64,000 nucleotides of DNA from the human T2T-CHM13v2.0 reference genome, Homo sapiens. Where the stretch lies: the NCBI RefSeq assembly GCF_009914755.1, contig NC_060936.1. One strand, written 5' to 3'. Of this stretch, positions 42,226 to 56,050 are shown one piece after another (position 1 is the stretch's first letter; every line of letters begins with the position of its first letter). Both the position numbers and the translations under genes were made by a program. The notes under the pieces were generated by a model. The model was given only the letters and a program-made list of their open reading frames with translations. It ran no database searches and was not told the origin of the DNA.

Positions 42226-43349
42226 TTCTGATTTCTGGTATACGTTCTCCTCTTAAGCAATTCTGTGTAAAATCTGAGTTGTATGGCTAAAATGTCTGGC
42301 TCTCTTCTGGATAAAGAAAGTCCCAGAGGGGAGGAGAAGGGTTGTCATGGTCTCTAGAACCCCAGGGAGTTTCTGGGGTGCATCACTGTCTTTGCCACCT
42401 AGTCTGACTGTCAGAAGGCTGGGGAAGAGGTCATCATTTTGAGGTTCCTCTTTTACTTGTCTGACAGCGAAACAGCTATGGAGAAGAAAGAACCAGGCAC
42501 CTAGTGAAGCATTAAGAAATCATTCCTAGCCCTGTCTCTCGATTTCTTCATCAGCTTGGGTGTGTCTGTGTTCTCGAAAATACACAGGTTTGAACAGAGC
42601 ATGTTTGTGGTTTGGATTTAAAGAGGAAGGAAAAAAGAGAAAAGGATTGAAGAAAAAGCAAGGCAAATAAAGGAAATGAGTGCTTCCGACACTGAGGAAA
42701 AATAAAGTTATAAAAACAAATACTAAGAACGGTATATTCATTAGAAGCTATTCTCCTTCTAGAACAGGAGAAAAATTCTCCATAACATTGGTACCAAAAT
42801 ATGCAGTCAAATCTTCCTAGAACCCTGGGGTCGTGAGTGTTTCACCAGCCACTTGCTGCTGTCGTTCTGATCTGCCTATTAGTCTTATTCGCTTGATCAT
42901 TCTCCTCTACCTCTCCCTTGTTCTTTTGTTCATGGTTTTGCACCTCTTGAATGGGAAGTCTGAGTGATGACTCAGACATATTAAGACACATTTTATGCGT
43001 TAAGATTTTTTAAAAATGGCATGTAGACACTAACATCATGCTTTTCCTAAAGACAGAATTACGTTTGCCTGGAATTCTGTGTTGAAAAATCTGAAGATGC
43101 ACTAATAAATACTTGATGCCTAGTACCTTGACCTTCTCTTTGGGGACCAAGATCTAGCTTGAATATTATCTGTGACCTTTTAGGCTATTTAACTAAACTG
43201 AATAATTAAAAGTTTTTTATTGTTCAGTAACCTGAAAGTAGGGTGTGCATTTGAGAGGTGGGTGGAAAGCGAAAAGAATGGACATAAGAAGGTTATTATT
43301 TCCCCTTCAAATAACATTCCCAAAGACTCATAACACTTTGATTGCTAGC

Positions 43350-43530
43350 ATGGTACACAACTGTGACTGTCAGCACTGGCTGCCATTACCTGGGGAGATT
43401 TTTAAAAAGTGCTTATACTTGGGTCTACCCCAAACAAATTAAATCAATCTCTAGCAGAGAGGCTTGGGCATTGAAATTTTGTGAAAGCTTCCCAGGTGAT
43501 TATAATATGCAGCTAGGACTGAGAGCCTAC
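43350..43530. mobile_element. MER5A-like hAT-Charlie MITE
   Basis: attacctggggagatttttaaaa...tgggtctaccccaaacaaattaaatcaatctct...aaagcttcccaggtgattataatatgcagctaggactgaga. Confidence 0.8.
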
Positions 43531-43534
43531 CTGG

Positions 43535-43790
43535 AGTAGAATAAGGATTTCATGCTTTAGAGTCTGATAAGCCTGTATTTCAATTCCAGATATGCCACTT
43601 TTTGTGCCAAGTGACATTGGGCAAGTTTTTGAAACTTCCGCAACTTATGTTCTTACTCTATGTAAGGAGCCAGTGTGTCTTCATCAGAGGATCATTTTAA
43701 AGATAAGATGAGAAAACATATGTGATATAGCTAGTATAGTACCTAGCATGTAATTGGTGTTTAATAAATTAGGATTATCACCCCTATCAT
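43535..43790 (+). repeat. MIR SINE
   Basis: gctttagagtctga...atatgccact...gtgacattgggcaagtt...atgagaaaacatatgtga...tagtacctagcatgtaa...aataaatt. Confidence 0.8.
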
Positions 43791-44119
43791 CATCATTAGG
43801 CTTGGAAGAGACCATTGTTTCTACAGGTAAACATTACATGGTAATAGAGAAGAGCAGACATGCACTGAAGACCACTCCAGCCATCTGCTCTTTGTCCGAT
43901 GGAATATATACTATGAGTATTTCTACTACTTTATCCAATCTATCTTTGAGCCACAGTACTGCAATGATCGAAGCTATTCTGACAAGTTTCTACCACCAAT
44001 GGATAAAGAGTTCTAAATATTAAGACACTTCTTTCAACATTTAGTTTATTCAATTAATTCTGATTCTACTATGCTTTTGGAACCTTCCAATGTGCTAACA
44101 ATTTTAAAGCACTTATCTT

Positions 44120-44414
44120 TTTTTTTTTTTTTTTTAGACGGAGTCTCGCTCTGTCGCTCAGGCTGGAGTGCAGTGGCACGATCTCTGCTCACTGCAAGCT
44201 CCGCCTCGCAGTTCACGCCATTCTCCTGCCTCAGCCTCCTGAGTAGCTGGGACTACAGGTGCCTGCCACCGCGCCTGGCTAATTTTTTATATTTTTAGTA
44301 GAGACGGGGTTTCACCGTGTTAGCCAGGATGGTCTCGATCTCCTGACCTTGTGATCTGCCTGCCTCGGCCTCCTAAAGTGCTGGGATTACAGGCGTGAGC
44401 CACCGCACCTGGCC
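44120..44414 (-). mobile_element. AluY
   Basis: Diagnostic ctgcaagctccgcctc, gttcacgccattctcc and ccgtgttagccaggatggtctcgatc. TSD aagcacttatctt / aagcatttatctt. Confidence 0.97.
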
Positions 44415-44477
44415 AAGCATTTATCTTATTATATTGTAGATTTCATCAGCCTTTGGCAATATTAAAAATCAATTTAT

Positions 44478-44766
<289 letters not shown>

Positions 44767-45484
44767 AAAAATCAATTTATCTCAGTAACATGTTCAAAAT
44801 AGATAGGAAGCCATACCACGTTTTTGCTCCTTGAATCACAACTTGATCTTGAATCCATTGTCATGGATTCTACCTTCCTCTATGTAAACCAGGCATTTCA
44901 TTAGCTATGGAGGTGCAGACTGGATTAAACCCATCTATAAAACTGGTAAAACCCAAAATACTGTTCACTATGAATGAGACTCACTTGAATTAGTAGTCTT
45001 GCACAAAATAAATACCCATGACTATTGAATTGAGAGGCACTACTCTACTGTTTAACAGAAACAAAGTAATTTTCCTAATACTGATTTGTGTACTTAAAAA
45101 AATCTACAAATGTGTCAAGGAGAAAGTTTAATCTCCATTTTCCGTATTCTAGGAAGGCAGATAGACTATGACTTTGATAAATGACACCAGTGTTCTCACA
45201 GGCACTGTTCCTTAAAATCATTTGTGACTTGTGACCAATAAACCAAATGGATCTACTACATCTTAAACTTAGGATTTACTTTTGAAATCTCTCTCCAATG
45301 TTTTGCTTTTCTCAGTGACTCTAGCCTGGCGCTAATCTTCATGGTCTTTTGTCTCTTCATCTTAATCTCTGCACCTGCCAACACATTCATACAATTAATC
45401 CAGATATCTTTCCTGGTCCTTTTCTTTCCTTATTCATGAATCTTTAATAACTCCTTGTATTTGTAATAAAATCCAAATCATGTG

Positions 45485-45735
45485 AAAAAATGGAAAGAGT
45501 TTGACTTACTTGAGTTTGGAGATAAACAGATCTGGGTTTGGATCCTGGCTTTGTGGCTTTTAGCTGTGTGAATGTGAGTATATTATTATTTTTCTCTAAG
45601 CCTGTTTTGTTATTTGTAAAATAAAGATAAAAATAACTGTCTCAAGGTTGAAATAAGCATTACATGAAATAACTTCTGCAAATCACTTAGTATAGTGTCT
45701 GGCCCCTAGTGAAAGCTCAATTAACATCAGTCACT
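45485..45735 (+). repeat. MIR SINE
   Basis: ttggagataaacagatctgggtttggatcctggcttt...tagctgtgtga...atttgtaaaat...cacttagtatagtgtctggc...gctcaat. Confidence 0.85.
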
Positions 45736-46934
45736 TTTCTGACCCCCTGATTCTAGACCTGACCCACCTTTCCAGTTCTGTCTCTCACTGTGGTCTCCCT
45801 CTGTCTCTCACATATCCTTACTTCCCTTCCCTGCCTACTGTCACTGTATACATGTATCTTCCATTCCACTGCTTCTATGGCTTTATTCATCTATATATTC
45901 ATGGGGTTCTCTTTGTCACAAATGCATTTTTTTGAAATTTCTGATCAGTTCTTCTCTTACACTTTCTTGAGCTTTCTAGTCAAAATTGATCTCTAACTCC
46001 CTACTCATAATCCTTGTCATACCTTCACTGATCTTTCTATCTGTCTTCAGATCCATTTCATGATGTTGTTTGCACCCACCTCCTCCACCTGATTACGAGC
46101 CCCTTAAGGGCAGGGGCAGGGCCTTTCTCATCTTTGTCTGTACCTGCCCATCTCCCTCACCCCTTCCAGAGGGCTAGGAAAACTTCTTGAAAAGGAAACA
46201 CTCGAGAATAATTCTGTGAATATATTAATTATTTAGCAAATTCATTGTACTGTTGAAATGATAAAACATTGACATGGGTAGGATGGTAATATGATTATTA
46301 TTAATTATATAACTAGAAAAATTAATCAAGTCCACCGAGCTCAAGTAACTTCCTAGAGTAATATTATGAAAAAAAATTCTCGTGACTTGAAAGCTGTTAT
46401 AAAATCCCTTAACAGGCCATGGGGACTAAAGTACACCCAGTAAGCTCACAGCAATACAACACTAAGATTAAGGCAGTAGAAGAAAAATCAAAAGGCAAAT
46501 TGTTGAGATGCAGGATAATGTGTGCATGACCCAAGAGTATAGGTAATTTAGTTATTCTTATTCTGGCCAGGGGAGCCTGGAGGATAATCATCTCTTCATT
46601 CTCACTGTTCGCATTGGCTAGTAGAGAAGTAGAATAAATAGAGGAGAGGACAGAATTCTGAGATTAGTATAAACCAGTACTCCATCTTCTTCGATGGTTT
46701 ATATTAACCATGCCTTTGTCTTCCTCTTGTTTATATATTTCATGTGTAATAGATCTCTGTAAATAGTACATACTGATTAGGTTTCTCTGTCATATTTTAA
46801 TTCACTTGATGATGACCTTTAGTTTTTCCATTTAAATATAAAAATATTGAAAACATTATAATTATTTAATGTTTCCACAGTTAGTCACAGGTTTTTTTTT
46901 TTTTTCCTGAATCTTTCATTTATGCTTAGTGGAT

Positions 46935-47035
46935 AGGGTTACCAACCAGCCCAGCTGAGATGAAAGGGTTTTCTGGGACATGGGACTTTCAGTGACAAGA
47001 CTGACACAACTTCTAAGGAACTAAAAAACTGTACC
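46935..47035. mobile_element. MER81/MER94-like hAT-Blackjack MITE
   Basis: tagggttaccaacc...gggttttctgggacatgggactttcagtg resembles the MER81 consensus. Confidence 0.65.
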
Positions 47036-48199
47036 ATGCTAAAGGATTTTTCAACTTTTCAGAAAGAACTCTGAGTATTGTTTCTTTTTACAAGGTGTTT
47101 GCAATGTAGTTGAGGGAATATGATGCATGAAGCCAAATACAGGACAATTCAAAAGAGAATGAAATCTAACATAAATGGGAATGGTGCAGAATATAGGGAT
47201 GCAATGTTTTAGAACTGGGAGTGTCAGGAGGATAACAAGGAGGAGGCTACTTTGCAAAAATCAGCCTAGAGTGGTAATGCTCAGAAGGCTAGAAGCTTAG
47301 AAACTCAAGAGGAAAGGGATGAGGCGTAAACAGAGAAGAGACATGGTATGAGTATGAAACAGTGAGGAATTTAGCAGCCTGACCTGTGGCTGGTGAGAGT
47401 GAGCTGAGGTGCTGCAGAAATAAATGGATTCAGTAAATACAAACTGAAATAAAGTCTGACAAGGATGCAGTAGGAGATAACTTTTGTCTGGCTTTCCGAC
47501 ATTAGCTGGAATAATTGGGTAGTGGCTGCAATAATGATTTATATTTGATTACTCAAATTTCACACAATGATAATATATGCTTCTCATGAAATAAACCACC
47601 TCATGTGTTACCAGTGCAAGTACATGTTTAAATGAATGGCCATTATGCAGTGAGCCAAAGAGAAAGACAACATCTCTCATGAAATGTTTTGTGTGGTGAA
47701 ATACTCTATAGCAAAACCAAAGAAGTTTCAGCAAAGAAAATAAATAACTGCTCTTTTCAAAGAGAGTTTTTGCCCTTTATCTGATATTGGCAGCCCCAGA
47801 GGTTTGGCTTATAGAAAGCACCTTTGCCATTTGTTTTATTGCTTCTCTGTAAGTTATTTGCCTCCAATTTTTAGCAGCTGCATTATTTTTCTAATCCTTC
47901 TCAATTAACATACCCTCTGCATCATCGAAGAACTCTGAAATAGAAGAGGAAGTTACATAGGAATGACATTCCATCTTTCCTGAAGAACAATTTTCCTGTT
48001 AGACATTCAGAAGGAAGAATGTGAGTTTTTTTTCTTCATTTGTTACCAGTCTCTGCTTAAAATTCAGATGAACTGCAGTTTCTGTGACTGGTTATGCTTT
48101 AATATGAACTCTGTAAAAAATTCCCCCCTTTTTTTAACCACTCTTTTTCTCTCCTCAAAAGCAAGCTCTTGTCGAAGAGGAAAGGAGAACTCTGCTTCT

Positions 48200-48620
48200 C
48201 AAAGTAAACAGGCCTGCTGAGCAGAGCCCGTGGCCCATAGAAAGCCCACCCCTTCAGAAGGAAATCAGATCCTTGGGCGAAAGAGGTAAAGAAAAAAAGA
48301 GCAGCTGTTAAAACATTTAGTCTGTTTTTCTGCTCAGCCCCTGCTGGTCCCCTTGCTTCTCAGCTCCGTGTACTGTACTCGGTGTTGTGTGCTGGAAATG
48401 CAGGACCCTCACTGGGGGGCAAGCATATGAACAAGGACATTCCCTGGCCTCCGCATCCTCGCGGCCATCTTCGGCCTCTCCACCCTCCTTGCTACATTCC
48501 TGGAGGACAGTCGAAAGATTGATTGGATGATTTTTTGGCAGCTATTTGCAGAGCCTGCAGCCACAGCTTGGTTTAATTAGGGAATCAGAGCGTTTCTTTT
48601 ATGTAGGTCACATTAGGTTT
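48200..48620. promoter_or_regulatory. Candidate promoter/enhancer (CpG-retaining patch with CCAAT, YY1, TEAD and FOX motifs)
   Basis: Locally GC-richer non-repeat sequence with clustered CpGs. Motifs: GTAAACA 48204-48210, ACATTCC at 48437 and 48494, GCGGCCATCTT 48461-48471, GATTGATTGG 48517-48526. Motif evidence only. Confidence 0.45.
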
Positions 48621-51399
48621 TGATTCCAGATCTCATACAGCTAGAACCTTTCTAAAAAGTCAGAAATACATGTACAACTGGCAGGCTTTTCTTTCTCTCT
48701 CTCTCTTTTTTTTTTTTTTTTTAGAAAAAAAGGTTTTTAAAATAGTTCTCATCTGGGTCATGTATGCTAGTGTAGCCGTTTTCTGTGTCCTTTTGTCTAA
48801 TTATCAGAATAAGAGTGATATTCTACTTTTCTTCCATGAAGCTCCTGTTGTCTGATGTACATATGCTGAACACATATTATAAAATTACTGGCAGGGATCT
48901 GGGGGTGGTGGGAGGGTTAATGGTTATTTGTTTGCTTCTTTGTGCTTTTGCACCCGAAAGGTTTAATGGGTTCCCTTTCTATGGAATCTAATCCTGAAGA
49001 ATCCAGGGAGAATGTAAAAACAATTATCCAGTTAATCTTTGTGCTGTAGTTAGGAATAAATACAAGGCAGTAAGAGAGATAGGAGACTGGGCATTGTAAT
49101 GACACTGCAGGAACTGAAACCCAAAATTAAATATTCTCAGATTATAGGCAGCCCTTAGGAAACCTTGTCTAAAGAGTTTATGATGCACAAAGAATACTTC
49201 TTGGTAGGTAGCCAAGTAAGAGCCGCTAATGATTATGGACGTCTGAATGATGAACATGGATTCTAGTATTGCCTTAGAAAAAAAACCTAAGCTAATACTA
49301 TTTGCCTTTCAGAAATTTGTTACAATTAGGACATGATTCTGATTTAAATTGTGCTTCAGGTACCATGTTATATGTATACTTCTGCTTATAGGAAATTTGA
49401 AATTTTAGCAGTCAAATAAAACATAAATGCTAAACATTTAAACATTAAAGAGCAAGACAGCCACCTTCACCACTTCCAAAAAATATATTTGCAGAGTATT
49501 TGCTGATATAGGCAATGCGTACTTAACTGACTAATGTGATTTTGTGTAGTCTACCACCCAGAGATGATTAATTAGGCTACTCAGTGAGGGTCATGCAAAC
49601 AAGTTTTAACGTTACAGGCTCTCAGGAGTGTGAAGCAGTGTCCTGTTTACATTTCCTGGATGGTTAAATGAAGAGCGGTGTGAAACACTGAAATGAAATA
49701 CGATGAAACATTTCAAGTTGTGTACCTCTCAAAATGTTAAGAGGGGCTATTATCCCTCAAAGCCTGCAGATTCAATCAATTTCAAATTGTTAAAAGCAGC
49801 TGGAAGGAGATGTCTGTCAATGGAGGAGGTGTCTTGTCTGTTGGAGAGACTCACAGACTCTTGGTCTCATTATTTTCAGAACGAAAAGGGAACCACAGCT
49901 GTCTGTTCTGATACATCTGATTAAACTGCTACACCAAGGGTCAGAAAGAGATGGAGGAACTCTAAGTTGAGCTTTGGAAGCAATAGTTTCAGGGCATCTA
50001 TTGACTTTCCAAACTTCTTATTGGGCGGGAAGTATCACAATAATAGGACTTGCCATCAGACATCTGGCATGATCATTGTTGGAACCACATCATTGAAACT
50101 GCCTGTCTAAGGATATTTTACTCTTGTTCTCCTCTCTTGCAACTCTCACCCCAATGAATAATATCCAAGAAGAATAAAATGAATTCATTATGGTTTCAAA
50201 TTGCCCAAGGCAGAAATGTTGCCTTTACATTTCAGAAGAGGAGATAGCACTGGTACCAAATGTATAGAAAGGGTGGAGTTTATCTATTACCAAATCAAAT
50301 TTAAGTTGCCAAAGGTCTCTTGCCTATCATCTTACTTTTTTTTAGAAAAGTGTCTTAACTATAGCTCTTGTGTCTCTCTGCTGTCACTCAATTCATTCTG
50401 TAGAATATAGAGTTCCATATTTTTATTATGATTGGAGTTAAACCACAGACCCTCACAAATTTGTAGTTGGTGGTAGTTCAGTACACCTAAATTAAAAAAA
50501 TAAAAATAAAAAAATCCACAGTGTATTTTATAGAGCTGCAATGCCCCCTTCTGTCTGCAGTGCCTGGGGTGGAAAAACTCACTTGGGTTTATGAGTTGAT
50601 TGTGGCAAGTGAAAACAATGTTTATACTTTTCTTATAATGGTTCAACTACACACATGAGAGGGCTGTAAACCAGCAGTGACAGTGATCATTCAAATTCTA
50701 TCCCTTCTATTCCATTTCCTCATTTGGCCTCCTATAATCTATAGGAAATTAATATAACACTGATGATTGCTGCCATTGGCCAGAAAACCCAATTATCTGT
50801 GTGGCTGTGAAGGTGGATTAGTAATGTCCTTTTTACTGTGATATGTAGGTAACCTAAGATGTACATTTAAAGAGCAACAAGTATGTTTCAGCCACTAGAA
50901 TCTTGATGGGAATGATTAGTTAGACTTACATGTCTATTTGTCTATCTGCATAAACTTCATTGATTCCCTATAAGACCATGCTATAATTTATAAAACATGT
51001 ACAGTACAGATTATGTCTTAACTCCTAATAACTTCTCAAAAAGGAATTGATGATACCCTTAGCCAGAACTAATCAGAGAAAAAAATATCTTTGATTTGGT
51101 CTGCACTCTCTTTTTTCACCATCGGTTTGGCATGTTTTACTCTGCTTCTCTTACACCCCTTATCAATTATGCCCCACGTGGTTGGCATGCAGTAGTTGTT
51201 TCCCTGGGCAAGGCTTTTAATAAATATTACAGAAGATTCTCTGGACTTCTCACTGCATTTGTTCAAAGTCAGATTTTCCATGGAGTCTTCATCAACCATA
51301 TTTTCAAAGAAGGTTTACGTGTTTCTAATATATTCTGAAAACTAGCTCAAGTTCTTATTGCACAAATGGAGTATGAAAAATCATCTCTTAAGTGTTGCA

Positions 51400-51452
51400 G
51401 GTGTGTGTGTATGTGTGTGTGTGTTTGTGTTGTAAGTGGTATGTCTGTGTGT
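51400..51452. repeat. Imperfect (TG)n microsatellite
   Basis: gtgtgtgtgtatgtgtgtgtgtgtttgtgt. Confidence 0.85.
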
Positions 51453-53004
51453 GAATGGGAATTGAATTTGAATGATGGAGACAGTACAACTGCTGGCTTT
51501 GCGTTAGGAGAGGAGAAGCATAATCTAAAATAGTTCTTTCCCATTACATACAAATAATGAATCCTGAGGCTTTCTATGTACCAATATTAATTTCTTGAAT
51601 TTCAGATTTCTGTGCGCCCTAATTGTGTTGATGACAATAATTATTAGATTGAACCACTTTTGACGTACAAAATGAACTAAAAGATTCATTTATACATTCT
51701 TTTAAAATGCAGTTAGGTTTAGAGTCTCCACATTATAGCTTTGGATTAGAGAAAAAACACCTTAAATAAGATGCTTCTTTGGGCACAAAAACACGTGCTG
51801 TGTGTGGAGGTCAGAGCATGGGAGATTAGGCATGCTTCAAAGATTTTTTATCACACATTTTTGGGGCCTTCATAGTATTAAATATTAATGAATCTTAGTG
51901 TGTGTTAGAAGGTAGTAGAGAATCAAATTGAAAAGACTGTGAATAGAAAGAGATGATCTATTGATACCGTTTTTTCTTTAGTATCCCTCTTTATTTGATA
52001 ATCCCTGAATTGATTATAACTCAGACATGAAGCAGTAAATTCTCTCCTTTGGGCCACTCTATATCCACAAAAAGCATTTGTTGAGTAAGGCCTTGTGAGG
52101 AGGTCTTGAAAACCTTGTGTTCTGATCCCAATGATGAGTCAGCGCTATCTCCAGCTGGCTATGGGAACGTTGGAAAAGGCACTAATTCCTGTCAAATTTT
52201 CCCTCTGGGTCTTCCAACTAGTACTCAATCACAAACAATGACCTATTTTTCTTTAGCGTCTGGTGGTAGAATTCTTTAAGATTCCTTCATAAATGAATCT
52301 TAGCCCAGAAAGTTAGGACTTTTCATGACTTACGATGAAGCTCAATGTGAAGTTGAAATTGTAAGTGTAAGTGAGAGAGCATGATAAATATTTAACACCT
52401 ATCTGACTCCAGGAGAATGCTGTTTTTAGAAGAAAGAAACCTTTTGCTTGCTCCATTTTTATAGTGTTCTTAATGGCAAAAGTTAAACAAGTCCAGTTTC
52501 CCATACTGGATCTACTATTTGAGGGTAGTTCCCCGGCAATCAAATTTAAAATACTTTAGGTGCAAAGGAGCGAAGTGAGAAAAGCAACACTTTGAAATAA
52601 ATAGAGTGTACCAGTGAATATACTGGCTGTCTATTCAAAGGTCTTACTCACTAGTGACCCAATAGGAAAGTTCTGCACAAAGTAAGGGATAAAAAAGCTA
52701 AAGAGGAAAAACAATTAGGAAAGAAACAGTTCAAACACAAATTATGCCATTTATCCTCAGCATCAAAATAAGCTGTTTCTATAGGGGAAACAATGCAAAA
52801 CAAAACAAAAATCAAACAAATTACTTGCTTTTAAGATGCTTGTCATTCTTTAAAATATATTTTAATTTCTAATTAATTGTTTTTCTAAAAAACTGCGTAG
52901 GCTTAAGATATCATCCCCTCTTGCTAGACCTTTTACATTTTAATTTTTGAAATATAAAAACCTATAAATATAGTATATGCAAAAAGGATCAAATTTATGT
53001 TTCA

Positions 53005-53200
53005 CAGCAATTACTGGGTGCTAGACAGTATGTCAAGGGCTTTCCAAATGTTTACATATTCAATACTCACTGCTCTCCCAGGAGGTAGGTACTACTATTG
53101 TATTAGAGATGAGACACTGAATGGCAAAGAGGAGGACCTTGGATTTGAACATGTGTGTCTAGTGGCAGAACGCAATGGTCTAACTCGTAGGCTTTGCTGC
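53005..53200 (-). repeat. MIR SINE
   Basis: ttactgggtgctagacagtatg...ggaggtaggtactactatt...agagatgagacactga...ggatttgaac. Confidence 0.65.
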
Positions 53201-53499
53201 CCTAGAAATCATTTGGTAATAGGATGCATATGACTCAAATACAGTGGCTATTTCTAACTCTTATAAGGTCACCTTTGGGAGCACTAAAAAGAAAACATCT
53301 CAGATCATTATTTGTTCTGAAATTCTTTACTGAACAAACCAATAACTTCCAGTTGCTGTATTATGGATTCATTCATTCATTCAGTCAGCAATACTTGTTA
53401 AATATCCACTTTTTCCTTTCTTGAGTCTACGTTTTTCCCCCAGTCTTGGTGAAAAAGATCCGGAACTTTAGTGATTATAATCATTATAAAAACCTCATC

Positions 53500-54205
53500 A
53501 TAACCATAATAAACTCAGGATGCCCACCTCTTAGGGCAACTCACAGAGGTGGAGCATAACTCCTGACTCCTTAATCTGGGCTGTGCATAGTGCATTTCTT
53601 CCAAAGACTGCAGTATGGAAAGAGGGGAAAATAGTAACTTCATAGTGCATAAACCCGACACCTCAGCCAGGTGATCAAGGTTAACATCAACAGTGACAAG
53701 TCATCTTGACAGTATTTGCCCTTGAGATGTTGTGATGAAAATGGTACTTTACTTGTGCAGTCTTCCTCTGCAAAACACATCGCCCTAGTCTAATCATGAG
53801 AAAAACCTCTGAAAAATCCCAACTGAGGGACTTAATATTAATACAAAATACCTGACTAGTATTCCTCAAAAGTCTCAAGGTCATCAAAAGCAAGGAAAGT
53901 CTGAAAAACTGTCATAGCTAGGAGGAACCTCAGGAGACATGATCACGAAACATAATGTTATCCTGGAGGGGATGCTGGGACAAAAAAAGGACAGCAGATA
54001 AAAAGTAAGAAAGCCTAAATAATGTAATGCACTTTAGTTAATATATAATAATGTATCAATATTGGTTGTGACAAATGTACCATACTAATGTAAGAAGTTA
54101 ATAATAGAGGAAACTGGATATGAGGTATATGGTAACTCTCTTTACTATCTTTGAAATTTTTTTGGTAAAAAACCTAAAGATGTTCTAAAATAAAAAGTTT
54201 ACTTT
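53500..54205 (+). mobile_element. Old L1 3' end (L1MC/L1MD-like)
   Basis: cctcagccaggtgatcaaggttaacatcaacagtga...ctagtctaatcatgagaaaa...tcaaggtcatcaaaagcaaggaaagtctga...gtgacaaatgtaccatactaatgtaag...ttctaaaataaaaagttta. Confidence 0.9.
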
Positions 54206-54379
54206 CAATAAAAGTACTCTGTAAAATCGGTAACACACTGATTTAAACATCTATTGATTTTGATGTCTCTGTTGTCACATATTTCTTTTATTTCTTTCCC
54301 AAAGGTGATAACTTCATTAGAGAGTCTGAAGAGAAAAAATTACTTATTCATTCACTTATTCAACAAGCAAATACTGAAT

Positions 54380-54600
54380 AATAATAATAACAGCTAATCT
54401 TGATTGTTTATTGTTTTCCAGACAACGTGCATGAAACTTGGCTTATGTAATCTCATTGAGTTCTTACAACAACATTATGAACTCACTGTTATTATTGTCC
54501 TTATTTTATAAATAAGGAAACTGAGGCATAGAGAAACTAAATATTTTGCCACAGGTTGTTTGGCTGATAATTTGTAAATCTGGGGTGTAACTATCAGCTT
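54380..54600 (-). repeat. MIR SINE
   Basis: taataacagctaa...ttcttacaacaacattatga...ttattttataaataaggaaactgaggcatagaga. Confidence 0.8.
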
Positions 54601-54634
54601 CCTCTCCATACTGTCTCTATCCTCCTAGATTCTT

Positions 54635-55304
<670 letters not shown>

Positions 55305-55844
55305 AGCATTTTTTATTAATTAAAAATAAAATCCTTTGGCCAGAAATTGCTGCTCAAAACAAAATAGAATTCAACGAGCAAAGAAGAAGAAGAGAGAATA
55401 TGTAGTATATAGTGTGTGCTTAGTAAATAATTGTTGCATGAATTAAAGACTGGATATTGGGTACCATTGAAATGTCTACTGTAGTTATTGAGCTCTGCTA
55501 GGCTACTTGAGTAGAAACCTATTCAAGGCACAGTTTTAAGAGCCCATTCAAGGCTCCTGAATCATTCATAGTTAACTGGAGGAGATGGTCTTATAGGCCA
55601 TGTAAAATTGGAGAGATAGTCATGAGGGGAAAAGAATGGCCCTGAAATGCAGCCTAAGAAAAGTGGAAAGTCTTCCTACAGGAAAGGGCAACTGAGTGTA
55701 GACTAAGAGGATGAATGAAAGGTATGCAAAAGGAGGGGAACGTGTATTTCAGGCATTGAGGTGAAAACACACGATGTTAGGAACCAAAAGCAATGTGGCA
55801 TTGAGGGAGCTCTGTACTAGTTCGCATGCTGCACAGGTCATTGT

Positions 55845-56050
55845 CTTCCTGTTTCCTACTTCTCATAGCTCCTTTGCAGCTGCTGGCTCTCAGTGCATAT
55901 GCCTTTCCAGGGAGACTTCCCTGACCACCTCAACCAAAGAAATACCCCAGCCTTCCCTACCTGTCCGTGTCTAACTTGAGCTCTTGTTTATCTTTCTTAA
56001 TCTTACTCTGTGCTCAGTATAAGCATTTGACAAATATTTGTAGAATGGCA
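55845..56050 (+). repeat. L2 3' fragment
   Basis: ctctcagtgcatatgcctttccagggagacttccctgaccacc...gcatttgacaaatatttgtagaatg. Confidence 0.65.
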
